This document shows positions 37,318 through 44,920 of a stretch of 44,920 nt of DNA, one piece after another. Both the position numbers and the translations under genes were made by a program. The DNA comes from Ministeria vibrans ATCC 50519 (taxonomy: Eukaryota > Protista > Filasterea): positions 1 to 44,920 of the forward strand of contig CALSCP010001887.1 of the NCBI GenBank assembly GCA_943704425.1, written 5' to 3'. How positions within the stretch are numbered: the first letter of the stretch is position 1; each line of letters starts with the position of its first letter. Below the pieces are notes generated by a model that saw only the letters and a program-made list of their open reading frames with translations, was not told the DNA's origin and made no database searches.

Positions 37318-38070
37318 TTACTGTTGTGCGTCTGAATGATGAACAAATTGGGCAGGAACAAGTACAAGCGCTTCGCCTGTCAGAAGCATGTCGCCGTTGG
37401 CGTTGAAGCATTCGGTCTGGAATGCGACGCGGGGATCTTTGCCCGCCTAAGACAGACCATGGAAGTTGAATGAATATGGGAAAGGGACACGAAGTAGCAC
37501 AGCAGTGGGGAGACCATCGCCCTGGTGGCAGGTGTGCATGGCAGTAAGACGAATGAGGGCTCTACCTTGACGAAAATGTCCTTGACGGTGCATCTGGCGT
37601 CGATCGGATCGCCAACGAACGACGGAGCTACAAACTTGAGCGACTGCTTCAGGTACACTGTGCCGTTGCCCAGACTGCCGAGAATGCCCTGGAGACACAG
37701 AACATCACAACACACACGCAGCGAGGCGGAGGGAAGGGGAGGAAGACGGAGAGTGGGAGAGTGTTACGGAGAAGAGTGAGCCGAAGAGCATGCCATGCGC
37801 AATTGGGCGTCCAAACTGAGTCTTGGCGGCATACTCTGCGTCCAAATGCAACGGATTCGGGTCTCCAACCAGGCCAGCAAACATTTTGACCTGTAATCCG
37901 TTCAGCAGACACGTTATTTCTCTGCTTTGGTTCGCTTTGTTTACCTCTTCCGCCGAAAACACTTTGCGCTTCTCCAAAACCATACCGACACGTAAGCCAC
38001 CGGTAACTGTACTACTCATGCATCTGGCACCAACAGCGGCAGTCACGCGAGCGGTTGCATTAACCATCAT
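37318..38070 (-). CDS. MaoC-like (R)-hydratase / hydroxyacyl-thioester dehydratase, probably mitochondrial
   Basis: FAGLVGDPNPLHLDAEYAAKTQFGRPIAHGML and YLKQSLKFVAPSFVGD. The N-terminus is an Ala/Arg/Ser-rich presequence-like segment. Confidence 0.88.
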
Positions 38071-38196
38071 CTTGAATAAAAAGTTTAAAAAGAAAGAAGC
38101 GATCGTTCCAAGTTTGAAGTTTCAGTCACTTTCAGACTTTTTTTTTAATTTGCAAAGACCACACACTCACTCACGTGAACACGGCCTGTTTTCGGC

Positions 38197-41100
38197 ATGA
38201 ATCGTCGCAAAGGTGGGGGGGAATACTCTTGGATAGCGTCGCTCTCATGCGACCCTGTCTTATGTGTAGCGATTGAACTGGCGAAAATGACAAGCAAGTA
38301 TGCGCTGGCTCAGATCGCGTGCATCGTGCTTGCCGTGGCGAACACGACGGGCTCGGTGCTGTCGCCCGCAGGCGCGCTTGTTGCCCTCGTGCCCGTGACG
38401 ACGGCGCCTGCAGGCTTCGTTGGCCTCAACCTGGAGGCGTGCCTCCTCTCGGCGACGGGCGGCATTCTTGGATCCGGCCTGTCGGCACTGTCGCTCCGCC
38501 TGGCGCGCTTCTCCCTCTCCTGGCTCGTCGTCCTCTTGTTCGTGTGGATCTTCACGCTCACTCTCATTCGAACCAAGTTTCCACGCATCACGCCGATGGC
38601 CATGTCGTCGGGCATTGCCATTGCGTCGGGCGTGCTCAACGGCTACAACCGGCAGACGATTCGTGCAATCGAGCCGATGATTGCGTACGCGTCGGGTGCC
38701 GCTGTCAGCTTCACCGTCTCATGTGTTCTTTGGCCTCGCACTGCACGCCACGCTGTGATTCGCTCCACTCGCACCACACTCCATTCGGTGGCGGACATGA
38801 TGGAATTGTCCATGGCACCCTTGCTAGTGCACCCTCACGCATCGTCCAATGGACAGACGCACACGCTTAACATCGACAAAGAGGTGCGCGAAAAGTCACA
38901 ACGGCAGCAACAGCGCTTCCTTTCGGAAAGCGTGCGCATCTCTGTGCCCAGCTTTGACACAAGCAAACTCCCACTGAACGCAGCCGCCATCGAAACGATC
39001 ATTTTCAATGTGCTTCGTCGCATATTCCCATGCATATCCCATAGCGGGCCTCGATTTTCGCTCAAACGCCTCGTTGAGTCGGTGCGCGTCCTCTCCATTA
39101 TTGTGCCTCGCTCCAACAACGATGCCCTCGAGTGGCTACAGGAGCGCCAGACGGCTGGCTGCCTGCAGCACGGCACGGTTTTGCACGAACTTCGCGAAGT
39201 GACGTCGCCTCTTCTGCAGACCATCTGCAAGGTACTCAATTTTCCAATTATTCACACATACACAGCGCTGCGTATGCAGCGTTCTAAATTTTAATACATT
39301 TTGTCATTCATTTCATTGTAGACAATGCGGCTGTGCGAGGCATCGCTGACCGCTGCACGCCACACAGATGTGACTCGCTTGTCGGTGAAGGACAAGCGGG
39401 CGCTACGGAGGGCTATGCGCACCTTTGACAAGGCCATGGACAACTTTATTGAGACATACACGCGTCCCACCGCGGGCTCTGTCGACCGTGTTAACAGTGT
39501 CTACGATATTGTGTTTCTTGTGCGCCGCATCGCTTCGGAGGTGTTCACCACAGCCGAAGCGATCCTTGAACCGTCTGCCTTTTCAACGGCATGCGCCGCG
39601 TGCACTTCGGCCGCTGTGGTGGATTCGGGTGATGACGAAGCGGAAAACTCGTTTGCGCAACTATCGTTACGCCATGGCGAGGAGGCGGAAGACGTCTTCG
39701 ATGATGACGACGCTGAGACTGATATTGATGGCAACTTGCGGGACGAAGAAGGAGAAATATCGGTGGCGCACAAAGCTGGTGGGGGTGGGCGGACTTCTTC
39801 TTTACGGATGGAATCGCTCCGCAATGTGGATGATGCGCAGGATCATGCGGGTCACGACTGGGCGAAGGGTCGCCAACGCTTCTACTCTACCACGTCGAGT
39901 GGTGCCTCGCGTGGTTCACTCAGCGTCAGTGCTTGGAGTCGATTTTACAATCTGATCCGTCACGGTGACGACCACCAGCCCTATGCACCACCTGTGGCTC
40001 ATCGGCGTGCGTCGGGGGTCAAGACCGCAGGTAATATGCCGGGTACATCGTACATTACGTCGCTCTCCATCGACGAGCTGCCCGACGAGGTCACCGACGT
40101 GGCGGACATTGAAGCGCTGGAACTGCAACTAATTGATGCGGTGCACAATGCGCGCTCGCCCGTCATTTGGCACTCAGAACGTCAGCAGGTGGGCTCGGCC
40201 GAGGGCGATCCTGAGTCGTGGCGGTTTCGCGCGTGGAACTTTCTTGAGTCGACCAAGAGTATCGAGTCGCTGTATGCTCTCAAGACGGCCATCGCCGTAG
40301 CGATTGTTGCCTACAGTGCACTCTACTTGTCGGATCAAGGAGCACTCTTCAGTCGAGCCGGCGGCTTTTACACACTGCTCTCAATTATGATTTTAGCGCA
40401 GCCATTTTTTGGGCAAATGATTCTCGTGTCGGGACTGCACACGCTTGGCGTGGGCATGGGCTGTTTGTGGGGATTTTTGTCACTGACAGCCTTTGACACG
40501 GTGACCATTGGCATGGTTGCCATGATGATGCTCGTGTTGGTGCCCTGCTTTATCGTTGCCCGCCTCCAACCACAGTACGGCGCACCTCTGTGCTTGCCCT
40601 TGACCGTCGTCACGGTTCTTATCGTGCTGTCGCGCCATGACTGCACCGTCATCAATCCCATTAGTGGCTGCTTCACCAATGCTCAGTTTACGCTTTATCA
40701 GGTACCTTTCTTGAACGGAGGAAAAACAGCAACAAGACACTTTATATTTTTTTCAACTTCTGCCATTGTAACATTCTCAGATGATCAGTGCGGAACTTGC
40801 TATTGTGAGTGTATTATTTGTATCACGTGTACTTTGGCCGTACCTTGCGCGCGCTGAGCTGCGTCGTCTCTCGGCGCGTCTCATCTTCAACTTGGCCCTG
40901 CACTATGGCTCCATCATCACCATGTTTGTCGCCACGACCCCTCGCTCGCGCTATGGCAAATTTCGTGCCACGCGTCACGAACTGGCGCTGCTGGATGCGC
41001 TCGGACGAGCACGACGTCTCCTTGTGGCTGCGCGACGCGAGCCCCGCCTCAAAGGGCCCTTCCCGGCCGCCGACTATGAGCGTCTGCTGGACACCATTGA

Positions 41101-41723
41101 TCTTGTTTGGATGCAGCTGGTGCGCATTCGCTTTGCCATTGAGCGCGGTCTCATTGCATCACAGGTGGACTATGCTGCTCACTCGCTCAACGTCTGGACG
41201 GTACACACATATACGCGATAATTGTTTTCGTTTTTTGTTTGTTTGTTTTTTTTGTTTTTTTTTTTTGTGGACATCGTATTATGATAGTGTGATGCTGCTG
41301 ATGGAGACATGAACATAGGGAAACGATATGATGGTGCGGCGCAAAGCGTTTGTGGTGGATGTGTACCGACTCATGTACATGGTTGCGGGCAGCCTATCGA
41401 CCAAAGCGCCACTTCCACACTCTCTGCCCGACGTGCACCAGTCGTTCGAGGACCTTCGCGCCGCACAAAGTGTCATTCTTCGTTCGCACATGCTGCCGGC
41501 ACTGACAGGCCACACTGGAAACCAAGGTGTTCTCTATTTCTCGTCGTACGCATGGCAGACCAAGCGTCTGGCTGACTCGGTCACCGAACTGGGCGCAGTG
41601 GTGAAGGCTCTGTATGGCACAACCGATCGTGTTTCGCGTGCCTTTCGTGTACTCAGCTACAAAATCCGTTTGCAAGAGCGACTGGGTGTTCCCCAGGCGG
41701 AACCGATGCAGTCGCTTGTCTAA
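38197..41723 (+). CDS. FUSC / aromatic-acid-exporter (ArAE/ALMT-like) polytopic membrane protein, multi-exon
   Basis: Two transmembrane clusters, each followed by a LWP..AR motif, plus YALKTAIAV and ARREPRLKGPFP..DY. Confidence 0.75.
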
Positions 41724-41860
41724 TGGAAGTATCACGGGCGCATCAAAACGAATATAATTATATTGTATAATATTGTTACTTTACGTTGTTGCATTGAGTA
41801 ATAAATTTTCATTTTTTGTACATGATAAAAAGAATAATAAGTATCATTATTATTTTTTTT

Positions 41861-44633
41861 TCAAGGTGTACACTTGATGATAAAGGGAGCGGAGGAACCA
41901 CCAGCCTCGATGTGAGCAAGGACCCGTTGAAGAAGAGTAGCGGCGTGGCGTTCTTGAGCGGACGATGTGAGGGTGAGGGGTCGACAGCCATCAACGAGGG
42001 TCTGGAGACACTGGTACAGGAGTTCGCGGATGCGAGGCACCTCGAGGTACACTTCGTGACCCAAACGCGTCGAACAACAGCGCCATAAAAAGAGAACCGC
42101 TCGCGCCACGACGGCTGTCTTTTTGTTGGCGTCCAGAATGTGGCGTATCAGATTGCGTGAGGTGAAGGGACGAAAGCAAACCAGCGTGCGCACGACGAGG
42201 ACGGTGTGTTCGACGCGCGCATCGAGCTGTCGCGCACCCCACTCGCTTGATTGTGTTCGCTCCGCCTCGCTGATGGTAAGGGCCAGTCGAGTGCAAGTTC
42301 GCAGGAGACGGTTCCAAAAGCGTGACGAGAGATGGGCCAGAAGACAGCCGGCAAGCAAACGAGAGCGTCCCTGCCCGAGACTCTCGTCGAAGCACATCTC
42401 TGTGAAGTCGTCGGGAGAAATGACATGCATGAGGACACGAGCGCGCGCAACTAGCATTGCCGACGCGCACCGACTGGGATGCTCGCTGCGTAACACGTGG
42501 CGACGTGCGTCGGGCGCACTCATTGCGGCGATGTCGTGGAAATAGGACTCGGTCAATTCGTGGAGAATGTCATAGGATGAGGGCGGAACATATGCCGCGC
42601 CATGCTCGGGCGGCGTCACCGACGGGTCAATGAGTGAGAGAAGTTGCATACGGGCGCGTACAGAGAGAGGAGGCTGTTTGTCGGGACCACTGAAATTGGC
42701 GAGGTACGTGACGAAGCGCAGAGGAGCAATGAGAGCAGGGCGAAGCAGGTCGACGTAGACATCAAGTAGACGCTCCATAGCGGCGTAGTGAAACGCCTCC
42801 AACATTCGCTCGAGGGCCTGCTTGACACTTTGTACAAGGAAGCGTGCAGTAGGTTCAACAGTATCGGACTCGCTGGCATTGCGAATCTGCTTAACAATGC
42901 GCGGGTCATTGAGGCATGCGTCTAGAAGAGCGAGGCGTTCCATGGCAAAGAGCGGCGAGCCTGAGGCAAGCCACAAGAGAAATTCGTCACAGGCGGGTAG
43001 ACACGAAATGTACGCCAGAGCATGGAACAGTTCAATGATGTTGAGCACGACTGGAGGGACGTTGGGAAACACAGGCGTGTCGGAAGTCGTAGCGGTGGCC
43101 GTCGAGGTAGCTTTTGCGGGTGAACGAGACTTGAGTGCCCACCAGTCCTTGACAAACTGCGCACCCTCGGGTTGGTTTCGCATATGCATCAGTGTGTAGC
43201 TGACGAGGTTGGCAACAACAATTTCATGCTGCTCGGGAGGAATAGCAGAGGACATGACAAACGCAAGCACATTGAGTTGTATCGAGGAGGAGGCAGAGGC
43301 GGAAAGCCAAGCGTGTGCCACGACGGCAAGCAGAAGACGCGCGTCAATCTGCCGTAAGCTGATGGCACGACGGATAGACTCGACAGATTGATTCATGTCG
43401 GGAGTGGAGGGTGTCGCAGCGGACTCTGCGGCGGCCGCAGGTGTCGTAGGATGAAAGAGAGGAGCAAGGTGGGGTGAGGTGTAGGCGGAGTGGATGGATG
43501 GGAGTTGTGCAGCAAAGTCGTGTTCGAGTGCTTCTTGCGACGGCAGCACCTCGACGATGTGTTGATTGGACGTGGCGGCGGCCGTGAGCATTGGATGGAT
43601 GTGTTCTTTGATCCACGAAGGCCACACAAAGTTGATGGCAGGCATCCAAGGTTGCATGGAGAGCTCGATGTTCTCGCGTTGTCCCGGCAGAATGTCGCAA
43701 CGAAGGACGCGCGAGGTGGCGAGGAACAATTGCCGACCAAGAAGCTCGCATGAGGGAAAGCGCAGCGACTTGGGAGGATCCCAGAGGGCACTGCCATGAC
43801 CAAAGAGGACGCGAGCATCCAGTGCTGTGTCGAGTAGACCCAGGACCAGCACTTTCAGCTGGCGCGCAATGGCAAGTGAGTGCGGCACAATTTGCCCCAC
43901 GGCAGCAAGGATCTGAGAGGGATAGACAATTTACATATAAGAAATCAACAATGACAACAATTTTTTATGATATTAATAATACCAATAATATAATAAAATA
44001 TAATTAATACTAAAAATGTATAAAAATATCATAATCATATAAAAATTTACTAATAATAATAATAATAAATTAATGAGACTATACAAAAAATTGTATTGGT
44101 TTTGGTCCTACCGTTTTGCGCTGAGCATCTGTCTCAACAAGGGTATGGGAAAGCATGTCACGATGCGAATAAAGCTTTAGGAGTTCGACGACATGGTGCT
44201 GGGCTGAGAGAGGAAGGCGGGTAGCGAGGATCAAAGGCTTGGCAAAGTGAGTGCGCTCGGCAATAGCATCGCTGAGAAGGGGCACGGTGCAACAGCAGAA
44301 ACGAAAGGTGGCCAAAAGGTTGGGCAAGAGAGGCGTTATATGAGTGGTAAGATTCTCAAAGAGAGTGACGAGATTATTGAGGAAGAGCAGACGTTGCTTG
44401 AAAGGAATGAGCAGCATGGCGCTGCTGTTCGTGCACACGGAAATGGGAGCCTCGGTACGGGCTCGCTTGGAAGGACCATCCTCGTTCAAGATATCGTCGT
44501 CAGCCTTGTTGGTAGCCTCATTGGGACTTGACGAGGCAATGCCCAGCTCGAGCCAGGTACGGATTGCTGCGCTGACGCGCCGTGCAGTCACAGTCGTGAC
44601 CACCATAATCTCGACGAATTCTTGAAGGGACAA
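41861..44633 (-). CDS. Large alpha-solenoid protein, tentatively Mediator subunit MED23-like (5' end beyond the window)
   Basis: Long helical ORFs. WPSWIKEHIHPML, RSEHPSRCASAMLV and AGCLLAHLSSRFW loosely recall MED23 segments (WASHTL..FP, NEFPNPAAHALHV, IGLIITALPEPYW) as I remember them. Confidence 0.45.
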
Positions 44634-44689
44634 CTGTTTTTGTTGTGGTGGTGTCTACATTCAATGGAGTAAAGGTTGTCAGTGTATAA

Positions 44690-44727
44690 CATTATTATTA
44701 TTATTATTATTATCATTATTATTATTA

Positions 44728-44795
<68 letters not shown>

Positions 44796-44810
44796 ATAAT
44801 TATTATTATA

Positions 44811-44909
<99 letters not shown>

Positions 44910-44910
44910 G
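44690..44910. repeat. (ATT)n microsatellite, probably intronic
   Basis: Read directly from the sequence. Confidence 0.95.
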
Positions 44911-44920
44911 TGACTGAGGA

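Overview
A gene-dense stretch of a compact eukaryotic (protist-like) genome. Exons are GC-rich, GT-AG introns are mostly 45-70 nt, intergenic spacers are short and AT-rich, and some introns are inflated by microsatellites. About 21 protein-coding loci can be reconstructed. Most are housekeeping: PhyH dioxygenase, eIF2-alpha, WDR48/UAF1, an RNase H2B tail, dienelactone hydrolase, VRK/CK1 kinase, HYOU1, PFKFB, CPTP/GLTP, MaoC hydratase, a FUSC/ArAE transporter and a MED23-like protein. The standout is an 11-exon minus-strand gene (28199..23305) that splices in frame into one ~1441-aa protein: WD40 propeller, Roc GTPase, COR, and a caspase-like (C14) protease with an intact His/Cys dyad. Its WD40 repeats are encoded one per symmetric phase-2 exon. 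The first 119 nt of the window encode the C-terminus of a clear paralog, so this looks like a family of sensor-switch-protease (immune or cell-death-like) receptors. A second unusual architecture is an endophilin-like BAR-SH3 protein fused to a talin-type I/LWEQ actin-binding domain. Two junctions (poly-A at 3116-3146 and (GA)n at 7683-7780) join truncated genes and are probably assembly misjoins. All domain calls come from motif recognition by eye; no searches were run.
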